This document shows, one piece after another, positions 1-8,098 of a stretch of 64,000 nt of DNA (position 1 is the first letter of the stretch; the number at the start of each line of letters is the position of its first letter). The position numbers were made by a program, and so were the translations under genes. The notes beneath the pieces were generated by a model. It worked only from the letters and a program-made list of their open reading frames with translations. It had not been told where the DNA came from and searched no databases. Source of the DNA: Thermoplasmatota archaeon (GTDB lineage Archaea; Thermoplasmatota; Thermoplasmata; Lutacidiplasmatales; UBA184); contig DAIQBL010000001.1 in the NCBI GenBank assembly GCA_036781185.1, positions 23,369-87,368 of the forward strand. The letters are read 5' to 3'.

Positions 1-1684
1 ACGCCGCCAGGGCCACCACCGAGGGGACGACCGTCACGTTCGCCGCGCCGGAGACGACGGTGCCGAGGGCATCGATGACCGTCAAGGTCACGAGCTCGGA
101 GCCGGCCGTGCCGGGGAGAAACGTGAGGGAGGGGATCGCGTCCGAGCCGGCGACTCCGGTCGCCACCGTTCCGCGGGGGACGCTCGAGTTCCACCAGAAG
201 TGGAGGGGGAGCGACCCACCCGTCAGGGAGGCCGTCGCGGTGACCGCCACCCCGAGCCGCACGCTGTTGGAGTTCAGCTGGACGGTCGGTGGGGTCGGTC
301 GGTTCGCGACCTCGACGGCGACGGGGACCGTGCGATTGGTGCCGGCCGAGTCGGCGACCGTCACGATGGCCGAGTCGTTGCCGGTATGGGTGTAGGAAAC
401 GGGGATCGTCCACGAGGGGCCGGCGCTCCGGTCGCAGAGGAACCGACCGTCCCCGGTAAGCAGGCACGCGGGCCCAAACGGCCCTGTCCCCGTGTTCGCA
501 ACGACGTCGACGGAGACCGTCACGTTGGTTCCCGTGTAGGCGTTCACCGGGTTCGGTCCGACGGAGACGGCGAGCGCGTTCGCGACGGCGACCGCATCGA
601 ACGAGAGCGTCGCGGACGAGTAGCCGTTCGTGACCGTGACGCTCGGCAACGCCTCTCCCGGCGCGGTGTAGGCGACCGTGAAGCCGCAGGCGATCGCCAC
701 CGTGCCCCCCGAGGCCCCGCCCGACTGGCAGGTGGTGCTGAGCGCTCGGCCACCGAGACCAGGCGTGAGCTTCGCGGTGTACACGTACCCCTCGGCTCCC
801 GTGGCGTTCACGCTAACGGCGGCCGGAACGCCGACGTCGAGCGCGTTCGGAGCGATCGTCCCGCTTCCCACCGCCGTCGCCACCGCGGCGAGGTAGACGT
901 GGACGGGCGGGAGCGCGATCGGGGTGCCGTTGAACGAGCCGTTGACCCAGACGGTGGCGGTGCCGGGCGGGCCGGCCGACGTGCCGTTGACGGTGATCGT
1001 CGAGTCGTACGAAGGTCCGCTCGCGACCCACCCGGTGCCGGCGAGCGCCCAGGCGTACGACACGTTCGCCGTCGACGGCGTGCCCGCTCCCGTCGAGGCG
1101 AACGCCGAAAGGATCGTCGGGGCATCGACGCTGACCGTCCCGAACTGGGACGGGGAGGTCGAGGCCGAGCTGAGGGCGGCGACCCAGTCGAGCGCGACCG
1201 AGGAGCCGTTCCGGGCGCTCGACAGGAAGTACCCGGCGGCGTGGCCTCCCGCGACCCGGTAGGACGTCGGCGTGAACGGTCCGGTGTACGAGAGGCATCC
1301 GGTTGGGCCGCACGAGAGCCCCGGCAGGGTGAGGTTGAGCACGAACCCGCCGGAGGCGTTCGTCACCGCGCTCGCGTTCGACTCCTGGCACCGGAGGGTC
1401 GTCCCGTACTTCGTGGTCTGGTTCGATTCGACCTCGATGGAGATCGTCACCGTGGCATTCGCGACGGTCGGCCGCGGCACGAGGGTGCCTTCGTCGCCGA
1501 GCATGCCGTGGAGGATCGTCGGGACGCTCGCCCCGGGGCAGGAGGCGGACGGCAGCACCGAGACCGTCGGGGCCGATGGGTGGCTCCCAACGGAACTGGT
1601 CGGGGGCGGAGAGTGGAGGGCGACCAGGAGGAGCGCGGCCAGGCCGAGCACCCCGAGGACTCCGAAGGTACGGCGGGCCGGCAC
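1..1684 (-). CDS. Secreted/cell-surface glycoprotein rich in N-glycosylation sequons; partial, its 3-prime end lies beyond the window start
   Basis: I translated the minus strand by hand: it is open from about 1684 down to position 1. A GTG start gives MPARRTFGVLGVLGLAALLLVALHS (basic n-region plus hydrophobic h-region), followed by a Thr/Ser/Val/Gly-rich sequence with many N-x-S/T sequons. The plus-strand ORFs 60..395, 678..896 and 924..1262 are its antisense frames. Confidence 0.6.
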   Translation of the reverse strand, partial: MPARRTFGVLGVLGLAALLLVALHSPPPTSSVGSHPSAPTVSVLPSASCPGASVPTILHGMLGDEGTLVPRPTVANATVTISIEVESNQTTKYGTTLRCQESNASAVTNASGGFVLNLTLPGLSCGPTGCLSYTGPFTPTSYRVAGGHAAGYFLSSARNGSSVALDWVAALSSASTSPSQFGTVSVDAPTILSAFASTGAGTPSTANVSYAWALAGTGWVASGPSYDSTITVNGTSAGPPGTATVWVNGSFNGTPIALPPVHVYLAAVATAVGSGTIAPNALDVGVPAAVSVNATGAEGYVYTAKLTPGLGGRALSTTCQSGGASGGTVAIACGFTVAYTAPGEALPSVTVTNGYSSATLSFDAVAVANALAVSVGPNPVNAYTGTNVTVSVDVVANTGTGPFGPACLLTGDGRFLCDRSAGPSWTIPVSYTHTGNDSAIVTVADSAGTNRTVPVAVEVANRPTPPTVQLNSNSVRLGVAVTATASLTGGSLPLHFWWNSSVPRGTVATGVAGSDAIPSLTFLPGTAGSELVTLTVIDALGTVVSGAANVTVVPSVVALAA

Positions 1685-1745
1685 GGCCTCCCCGAGAGGC
1701 GACGGGCGGGGCTTAATCGTGTCGTTGTCGGTCCGGCCGCGGACG

Positions 1746-2708
1746 ATGAGACAAGCGGCTCCCTCGGTCCCCCCGTCGCGAGCGCGCCGGAATCCGCACC
1801 GCCCCACGGCCGTCGTCGAGATCGTGCCCCCCAAGCTCAGCTCGTTTCCCCAGGAGCGCGACCAGCTCGAGTACTCGAGCCGCTCGCTCGTGTTCGCCTC
1901 GGACGGCGGTCGGGTTCTCCGGGCGTGGGGTCCGCCGGAGCGGCCGTGGGTGCTCGCGGTGGAGGAGCTCGGGACCCGGTGGCGCGCGACCGCCTACGGC
2001 CCCGGCCCGGACGCGACCCGGCGGGCGGTACGGTCGCTCTTCTCGCTCGACCACCCGATCGAGCAGTTCTACCGGCAGGTTCGCAACGAGCCGGTCCTCG
2101 CGGGAACGGAGCGGACGTTTCGCGGCCTTCGGCTGCCGCGGGACGCCAGCGTCTACGAGGCGCTGTTCCACTCGATCCTCGGCCAGCAGGTCTCGGTCCG
2201 GGCGGCGAACGCCATCAAGCAACGGTTGATCGACGCCGCCGGCGCGCGGCTCGAGGCCGACGGGATCGGGGTCCCTCGGATCCCCTCCCCCGGTGAGCTC
2301 CTCGCGCTCGGGCCGGACGGCCTGCGCGCCCACGGCACCAGCGGCTCGAAGGCCCAGAGCCTGATCGCGCTCGCCCGCGACGAGCTCGCGGGACGGTGGA
2401 CGTCCGAAGCGCTCGAGCCACTGGCCACCCCGGACCTCATCGTCGCCCTCGACGCCGCCCGGGGCGTCGGCCGATGGACGGCGGAGAACGCGGCGCTGCG
2501 CGGGCTCGGACGGCCGGACGCCTTCGTCGCCGGCGACCTCGGCGTCCGCGTGGCGCTCGATGCGTACGGCGCGGTGGACCGCGCCGCGGGGGAGTCCGAA
2601 GCGCGTGCCTGGGGGGAACGACACTACCCGGGGTGGGGCAGCTACGCAACCCTGTACCTGTGGCGGAAGTGGGTGACCGAAGGGGCTCCGAAACGACCAC
2701 CCGGTTAG
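1746..2708 (+). CDS. alkA: DNA-3-methyladenine glycosylase II-like (AlkA, HhH-GPD superfamily)
   Basis: C-terminal 320 aa of track ORF 1272..2708, starting at an internal ATG (MRQAAPSV). Motifs YEALFHSILGQQVSVRAANAIKQRL and GVGRWTAENAALRGLGRPDAFVAGDLGV are typical of AlkA/HhH-GPD proteins. The N-terminal 158 aa of the track ORF is antisense to the upstream minus-strand gene. Confidence 0.7.
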   Translation: MRQAAPSVPPSRARRNPHRPTAVVEIVPPKLSSFPQERDQLEYSSRSLVFASDGGRVLRAWGPPERPWVLAVEELGTRWRATAYGPGPDATRRAVRSLFSLDHPIEQFYRQVRNEPVLAGTERTFRGLRLPRDASVYEALFHSILGQQVSVRAANAIKQRLIDAAGARLEADGIGVPRIPSPGELLALGPDGLRAHGTSGSKAQSLIALARDELAGRWTSEALEPLATPDLIVALDAARGVGRWTAENAALRGLGRPDAFVAGDLGVRVALDAYGAVDRAAGESEARAWGERHYPGWGSYATLYLWRKWVTEGAPKRPPG

Positions 2709-3226
2709 AGCTTCGGCCGTTCCGAGAGCGGGAACCGGTCGAGCTCGCGGTGGATCGCCCCTTCCCGGCGGAGCTCGCTCGAGTTCAGGACGACGTCCCG
2801 GATCTCGGTCCGGCCGAACACCCGGTCCGGACCACCCGACAGCCACGCGCGGGCTCGCTCGGCGTCGCGGGGTCCCCGGACGCGGAGGATCGTCACGTGG
2901 GCGAGAAACGGCCGGGGCTCCCGCGCGAGCCCCACGGCGGCGGCGGCGTCCTCGACGCGCCGGGCGAGTTCCGCGAGCTCGTCGGCCCCGTCCCCGATCC
3001 CCGCCCAGACGACACGGGGGCGCTCGGGGTCCGGGAACGCCCCGACGCCCCGCAGCTCCAGCGCGAACGCCGGCACGGGCGCGACGGCCGCGCGGACGGA
3101 GGCGGCGAGACGCTCCGCGGCGTCGACCGAGATCTCCCCGAGGAACTTGAGCGTCAGATGGGACGGGGAGCGGCCCGGTGGCGTCTCCCTCGGATCCGGG
3201 ACGTCGACGGAGAGGAACGCCCGCAT
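2705..3226 (-). CDS. thpR: RNA 2',3'-cyclic phosphodiesterase / 2'-5' RNA ligase (2H phosphoesterase, LigT/ThpR family)
   Basis: Two H-x-T-x motifs (HLTLKFLGE and HVTILR) with the spacing typical of 2H phosphoesterases. Length is 173 aa. Confidence 0.8.
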   Translation of the reverse strand: MRAFLSVDVPDPRETPPGRSPSHLTLKFLGEISVDAAERLAASVRAAVAPVPAFALELRGVGAFPDPERPRVVWAGIGDGADELAELARRVEDAAAAVGLAREPRPFLAHVTILRVRGPRDAERARAWLSGGPDRVFGRTEIRDVVLNSSELRREGAIHRELDRFPLSERPKL

Positions 3227-3230
3227 CGCC

Positions 3231-4037
3231 TTAGGTGCGAAGGGAGCCGGTTCGCTCCGCCGCCCCGACGCGAAGCGCGCCCGTCAGCTCGGGGTCGACC
3301 TCGACCCCGACCGAATCCCGACCGAGCTCGTGGGCGGCCCAGAGCGTCGTGCCGGTGCCGGCGAACGGGTCGAGGACGCAGTCCCCGGCGACGGAGAACA
3401 TCCGGATCAGGCGCCGAGGGATCTCCGGTGGGAACGCGCCCGTGCGGCGGCCGACCGGTCCCTGCCGTACCCCGCGGACATCGTCCCAGATCTGCGAGAA
3501 CCACCGATCCCGTTCGGCCTTCGTGTACCGGCTGTCGGATCGGCGAGGGTCGGCGCGTGGGAACGCGCGGAGCGCACCCCGTCGGAAGAGGAGGATGAAT
3601 TCGCAATCGAGCGTGACGTAGGCGTTCGGCGGAAGGAACCCCGAGCCGAGGAACGCGTTCGGCTTGTTGGTCGGCTTCTTCCACAGGATGTAGGGCAGCG
3701 GCCGGAAGCCGGCGGCCTCGCACGCCCGCTCGACGTCCACGTGGTTCGGCCACAGCCGGAATCCGTCGTCGCCGGTCCGAAGGGCGTCGCCGATGTTGAC
3801 GGCGAGGAGACCCCCCGGGACAAGGGCTCGGTGGCAGGCCGTCCACACCTCGGCGAGACGTTCGTGCATCTCCGGGTAGGTCCGAGCGCCCCAATGGCGG
3901 AACGACTCGTCCCACTGCGGGATCATCGGATACGGCGGGGAGGTGACCACGAGCTCCACCGATCCCGGAGCCACTCCGGGGAGGTCCCGCGCGTCCCCTT
4001 CCTCGATGCGGATCGTCGGAGCGGCCCGCGGCATCAC
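3231..4037 (-). CDS. DNA methyltransferase, beta-class amino-methyltransferase (N4-cytosine or N6-adenine); apparently orphan
   Basis: Motif IV TSPPY lies N-terminal and motif I DPFAGTGTT lies C-terminal; this permuted order defines beta-group MTases. No restriction endonuclease candidate lies adjacent. The gene is co-oriented with thpR and sits immediately upstream of it. Confidence 0.8.
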   Translation of the reverse strand: MMPRAAPTIRIEEGDARDLPGVAPGSVELVVTSPPYPMIPQWDESFRHWGARTYPEMHERLAEVWTACHRALVPGGLLAVNIGDALRTGDDGFRLWPNHVDVERACEAAGFRPLPYILWKKPTNKPNAFLGSGFLPPNAYVTLDCEFILLFRRGALRAFPRADPRRSDSRYTKAERDRWFSQIWDDVRGVRQGPVGRRTGAFPPEIPRRLIRMFSVAGDCVLDPFAGTGTTLWAAHELGRDSVGVEVDPELTGALRVGAAERTGSLRT

Positions 4038-4066
4038 CGGCGCGCGAGCCGGCCCGGGGGTTTATA

Positions 4067-5392
4067 GTGCGGCTCCCTCGACGGTCCATGCGGCTCGAGC
4101 GGCCGGTCCTCCAGGTCGCCCTCGACTTCGAGAACCTCTCGCGCGCCGTTCAGGCCGCGACGGAGGCGGTCGCCGGCGGCGCCGACTGGGTCGAGGCCGG
4201 GACGCCGCTCATCAAGAGCGAAGGGCTCGACGCGGTCCGGGCGCTGAAGAAGGCGTTTCCCGCGCACCGGATCGTCGCCGACATGAAGGTGATGGACACC
4301 GGCGCCTTCGAGGTCGAGATCGCCGCCAAGGCGGGGGCTGACCTCGTCACGGTGCTCGGCACCGCGGACGACGACACGATCGCGGAGGCCGTGCGGGGCG
4401 GGCATCTGTACGGCGCGGAGGTCGTGGTCGACCTGCTGAATGTGGCCGACCCGATCGCGCGCGCGAAGCGGGTCGCCGAGCTCGGCGCGGCCGCGGTCTG
4501 CTGGCACATCGGCATCGACATGCAGATGGCCGGACGGACTCCGTTCGAGCAGCTCGAGGGGCTCGCGAAGGCGTCCCCGATCCCGGTCGCCGTCGCCGGG
4601 GGGCTCACCTCGGAGACGGTCGCCGCCGCCACGCGCGCCGGCGCCGGGATCCTGATCGTCGGCGGGGCGATCACGAAGAGCCCGAACATCCAGGCCGCGA
4701 CCGAGGCGGTCCGCCGGGCGATCGACTCGAAGACGGAGGTCGCGAGCGAGCACTTCCGGCGGTTCGCCGAGGCCGACGTCCGGACCGCGTTCGCGAAGGT
4801 CTCCTCCCCGAACCTCTCCGACGCGATGCAGCGCCACGGGGCGATGCACGGCCTCCATGCGCACCTGCCGCTTCCGACGACGAAGGTGATCGGCCCGGCG
4901 GTGACGGTCGTCACGCGCGACGGGGATTGGGCGAAGCCGGTGGAGGCGATCGACCGCGCCGGCGCGGGCGATGTGATCGTCGTCGACGCCGGCGGCGGCA
5001 CCACCGCGGTTTGGGGCGAGCTCGCGAGCTGGAGCGCCCAAGGCCGAGGCGTCGCCGGGGTCGTCATCGATGGCGCGGCGCGGGACCTCGACGCGATCCT
5101 CGAGCTCGGTTTCCCGGTGTTCAGCCGGCACGTCTCGCCGAACGCGGGCGAGCCGAAGGGCCACGGCGAGATCGGCGTGGAGGTCGTGGTCGGGGGCGAG
5201 AAGGTCCGGCCCGGGGACTGGATCGTCGGCGACCTTTCTGGGGTCGTCGTCGTCCCGCGGGAGCGCGCGGCCGAGATCGCCAACCGGGCGCTCGACGTGC
5301 TCGAGCACGAGAACCGGGTTCGCGAGGAGATCCGGCGCGGTTCGACCCTGAGCGCGGTCCAGAAGTTGGAGCGGTGGGAACGTGTCGGCTGA
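4067..5392 (+). CDS. Fusion protein: 3-hexulose-6-phosphate synthase (HPS/KGPDC fold) N-terminal domain plus RraA/MenG-like C-terminal domain
   Basis: The N-terminal half has LQVALDF...VEAGTPLIK...IVADMKVMDTG (HPS). The C-terminal half has GDVIVVDAGGG...VVIDGAARD...GFPVF...PGDWIVGDLSGVVVVP (RraA/MenG-like fold). The true start may be the second Met at about 4088. Confidence 0.75.
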   Translation: MRLPRRSMRLERPVLQVALDFENLSRAVQAATEAVAGGADWVEAGTPLIKSEGLDAVRALKKAFPAHRIVADMKVMDTGAFEVEIAAKAGADLVTVLGTADDDTIAEAVRGGHLYGAEVVVDLLNVADPIARAKRVAELGAAAVCWHIGIDMQMAGRTPFEQLEGLAKASPIPVAVAGGLTSETVAAATRAGAGILIVGGAITKSPNIQAATEAVRRAIDSKTEVASEHFRRFAEADVRTAFAKVSSPNLSDAMQRHGAMHGLHAHLPLPTTKVIGPAVTVVTRDGDWAKPVEAIDRAGAGDVIVVDAGGGTTAVWGELASWSAQGRGVAGVVIDGAARDLDAILELGFPVFSRHVSPNAGEPKGHGEIGVEVVVGGEKVRPGDWIVGDLSGVVVVPRERAAEIANRALDVLEHENRVREEIRRGSTLSAVQKLERWERVG

Positions 5393-5444
5393 GGTCGGGG
5401 TCCCCGGCGAAACGCTTTACGAGAGGTCCCCTCGACGGGGCGGC

Positions 5445-5519
5445 GCTCCCGTAGTCTAGTCCGGTCAAGGATATCGGGCCTTCGACCCGACAACGCGGGT
5501 TCGAATCCCGCCGGGAGCA
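5445..5519 (+). tRNA. tRNA-Arg (anticodon TCG)
   Basis: Folded by hand. Acceptor GCTCCCG pairs with CGGGAGC. Anticodon stem TCGGG/CCCGA with loop CCTTCGA gives anticodon TCG. T-arm is GCGGG-TTCGAAT-CCCGC and the discriminator is A. CCA is not encoded. A weak TATA-like element lies about 28 bp upstream. Confidence 0.85.
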
Positions 5520-5825
5520 TCCGAACTCCCCCGGGCGCTTCCCCAAGCTCCGACGGCCTGGTCCGCCGATTCCCGCGCTCGGTGGGGCCGGCGGTCTCGT
5601 ACAACGTGGTTCGGCAGGACCCTACCTGGCCGTCCGAACGGTCACCGTGACCAACGGGGAGCACCGGCGACTCTGCGTCTCCCCCCGCGGGGTCGCTCGG
5701 GCTCGACCCCACCGGACGGTCGAGCTGCCCTCGCGCCCTCGGAGCCAGGTCTCGCCGTCGTACGGCCGAACCGGTGAGCCCGGGAAGAGGTTGTCGCGGC
5801 CCACCGGAGGGGGCCTCGTGGGTCC

Positions 5826-6230
5826 CTACGCCGCCACGACGGTGTGGGCCGCCCGCTTCATCGGCTCGAGGAGGTAGAGGACCCCCGCGAGCGCGACGAG
5901 CACCGCGCCCAAGACCGCCAGCACCCCCATCCCCGGCGCCAAGACCACCGCCGCCAGGAAGGCGACGACGATCAGGAGGACCGCGGCGGAGAGCGCCCGC
6001 TCTCGCCAGACGGTGTACCCGAGGTGGCTGAACAGGATCGCCAGCCCCCCGAGGACCGCGAGGACCAGGGCGTCCGACCACGCGTTGAACGCGCCATACG
6101 TCCGCCCGAGCACGAGGTCGACGGACCCGGTGAGCCACGTCACGGCCGCCGCGAGGAGGAACAGGACCCCTCCCACGAGACCGAGCGCGTACCCGACCTT
6201 CTCTTCGTTCCAGATTGTCATGATTTGCAA
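5826..6230 (-). CDS. Small integral membrane protein (about 4 TM), hypothetical
   Basis: The ORF has normal composition. Hydrophobic segments include GYALGLVGGVLFLLAAAV, LVLAVLGGLAILF and AAVLLIVVAFLAAVVL. Confidence 0.55.
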   Translation of the reverse strand: MQIMTIWNEEKVGYALGLVGGVLFLLAAAVTWLTGSVDLVLGRTYGAFNAWSDALVLAVLGGLAILFSHLGYTVWRERALSAAVLLIVVAFLAAVVLAPGMGVLAVLGAVLVALAGVLYLLEPMKRAAHTVVAA

Positions 6231-6392
6231 TCACCTCCCATCCCTACGCTCCCCGAGGAGCACACCGGCGTGCGCCGGGGTCGCCCTCGAGGGCCTCGCC
6301 ATCTCCGGTCGCGCCCGCGGGATCCACGGGTGCGCGGTCCGGTCGTCATCGTCCAGGTTGGACGTCCGGGGGCCGAACGGCCCGGGACCGCC

Positions 6393-6656
6393 CTAGCTCG
6401 TCGGCCTCGGCCCGAACCGCCGGGTCCGGCGGGCCGGCCGGAGGGCCGGATGCGGCCGGGACGTGTGCGCCGCCAGCGCCTCCGGCGTGGCGAAAGTCGT
6501 CCCGCAGAGGGAGCAGGTGACCCCCGGCGTCAGGTAGTACGGGTTCATCGCCAAGCTGGCGTTCGGGTCCCCGCCCCCGTGGACCTTCGCGACGTGATGG
6601 ACGAGATCGGCGGGTTCGGCAAAGACGGCACCGCAGTCGGGACACTCTTCGGACAT
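6393..6656 (-). CDS. Small protein with two C2H2-type zinc-finger motifs
   Basis: Starting from the internal Met (MSEECPDCG) the protein carries CPDCGAVFAEPADLVHHVAKVH and CSLCGTTFATPEALAAHTSRPH. Each is C-x2-C-x12-H-x3/4-H. Confidence 0.55.
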   Translation of the reverse strand: MSEECPDCGAVFAEPADLVHHVAKVHGGGDPNASLAMNPYYLTPGVTCSLCGTTFATPEALAAHTSRPHPALRPARRTRRFGPRPTS

Positions 6657-6930
6657 GGTTCCACCTCCAGGGACCTCGATTGGAGTCTCGAAAGCATCCG
6701 TAATGAACCCTTGTCCAACGGGGGCCACCACCGACGACGATTGCCGGACTCGGCGGGCCGAAAGTTCCTCGATTGTCGAACTTTCCCGTCCGCCGCGGAC
6801 CGGGGTGCACCGGCCTCTTCCCCGCGTCCGAGCCGCGAGGGTCCCAGGAATACCGCGGCGGCCCAGGCGCGGTTCCGGCGACCCCCGACGGGAGGCGCCG
6901 GTCCGGCCCCCCGTGTCCCGCCGGTCGAAC

Positions 6931-7437
6931 CTACCTTCGTCCGACGCGGGCCGTCCCGGCGGCGGCCGCTCGCGACGCCGTCGATTCGGCGGCGGTCCGC
7001 GCGTAGGCGGCGACCGGACCGAGCAGGAGCGGCGCGTCGCGGGGATAGATGTCCTGGAGGTCTCGGGGCCGGCCGTCGGCGAACACCGCCGCCGCGTGGT
7101 TCCGCGTCCCGTACTGGAACAGCGACGCGAGGATTGGCCACACCTCGAGACCTTTCGGCGTGAGCTCGTAGTAGGGCCGGCGCGGCTCGCCGGGCGGCGT
7201 CGCCTTCCGGATCAGGTCCTCCGACTGGAGCTGCCCGAGCCGGATCGACAGGGTCCGCTGCCGCAGTCCCGGGTTCCGCTTCCGGATCAGACCGAACGTC
7301 GCCTTCGGGAAGAACGCGATGTCCCGAAGGACCGTGAGCGTCCACTTCCGGCCGAGCGTCTGCAGCGTGGTGGCGATCGGGCACGCCTCGAGCGGGACCG
7401 CGGCTGGCGCGGGGTAGGAGACGTTCGGCGAGCCCAT
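6931..7437 (-). CDS. HxlR-family winged-helix transcriptional regulator
   Basis: CPIATTLQTLGRKWTLTVLRDI...LIRKRNPGLRQRTLSIRLGQLQSEDLI...YELTPKG matches the HxlR (DUF24) signature. The start was set at the internal Met (MGSPNV); the longer track ORF adds a low-complexity N-terminus. Confidence 0.75.
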   Translation of the reverse strand: MGSPNVSYPAPAAVPLEACPIATTLQTLGRKWTLTVLRDIAFFPKATFGLIRKRNPGLRQRTLSIRLGQLQSEDLIRKATPPGEPRRPYYELTPKGLEVWPILASLFQYGTRNHAAAVFADGRPRDLQDIYPRDAPLLLGPVAAYARTAAESTASRAAAAGTARVGRR

Positions 7438-7525
7438 CGATCCTCCCGAGGCGACCGGACTTGGTAAGGTATCGCCCGAAACTCCCGCGGCGACGAGGGG
7501 GGCGGAAAGGGTTCGGTCGGCGGAC

Positions 7526-7960
7526 CTACTTCTTGGCCGCGAAGTGCTTGATGGCCGCGTTGTCCTCATCGTAGGCGTGCGCCAGGTTGGCGAGGACCAT
7601 CTGCTCGAGCTGCGCGGCCGGGATCATCTTCGAGTGGAAGTCCCCGACGACGTTGACGGTCGTCTTCGCGCCGTTCGGGCGGTAGTACATCATGAACTTC
7701 GACCCGGCGAGGGGGCCTTCGAGCGAGTGGACCATCATCGCGAGCGGCGGGAAGTACGTCACGTGGTTGACGACCTTCACCCAGTTCCCCTCGACGTTCT
7801 GCTCCCAGGAGAGGCGCATGCCGCCCTCGGGGTGCGGGCCGCCCTCGACGTTCCGGCGGTCGCTGTGGGACTGGCCGTGGTCGACCGGCGAGTCGATGAA
7901 CTTCCAAACGGTCTCGATCGGCGCGTCAAAGTTGCTTCCGAGGTCTTCGATGTGGGCCAT
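7526..7960 (-). CDS. Hypothetical cytoplasmic protein (144 aa), possibly SRPBCC-like
   Basis: The C-terminal 144 aa of track ORF 7526..9271 has normal composition (MAHIEDLGSNFDAPIETVWKF...). The rest of that ORF is Arg/Glu/Asp-rich antisense to the membrane gene 8099..9427. Confidence 0.5.
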   Translation of the reverse strand: MAHIEDLGSNFDAPIETVWKFIDSPVDHGQSHSDRRNVEGGPHPEGGMRLSWEQNVEGNWVKVVNHVTYFPPLAMMVHSLEGPLAGSKFMMYYRPNGAKTTVNVVGDFHSKMIPAAQLEQMVLANLAHAYDEDNAAIKHFAAKK

Positions 7961-8098
7961 GGTTCGCAAGGCCCCCCGGGCTACTTGAATCGAAGCGGCC
8001 GGAAAGGATACCATCGGTGTCCGGACGACGACGCCGGCCGGGGGTTCGTACCCCGCCGCCTTAAGCGGGCCCCCTCGTAACCGACGACCGACGCCGAC

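Noticed and set aside
200-2296. 698-aa plus-strand ORF (also 813..1391 minus and 544..753 minus), very Arg/Gly/Asp-rich
   Set aside because: The low-complexity RGD-rich composition is typical of out-of-frame reading of GC-rich coding DNA. It overlaps the well-supported minus-strand surface-protein gene and the alkA gene.
5520-5826. 300-bp non-coding stretch downstream of tRNA-Arg as a possible integration scar
   Set aside because: I found no repeat of the tRNA-Arg 3-prime end and no mobile-element genes nearby. It was treated as an ordinary intergenic region between convergent features.
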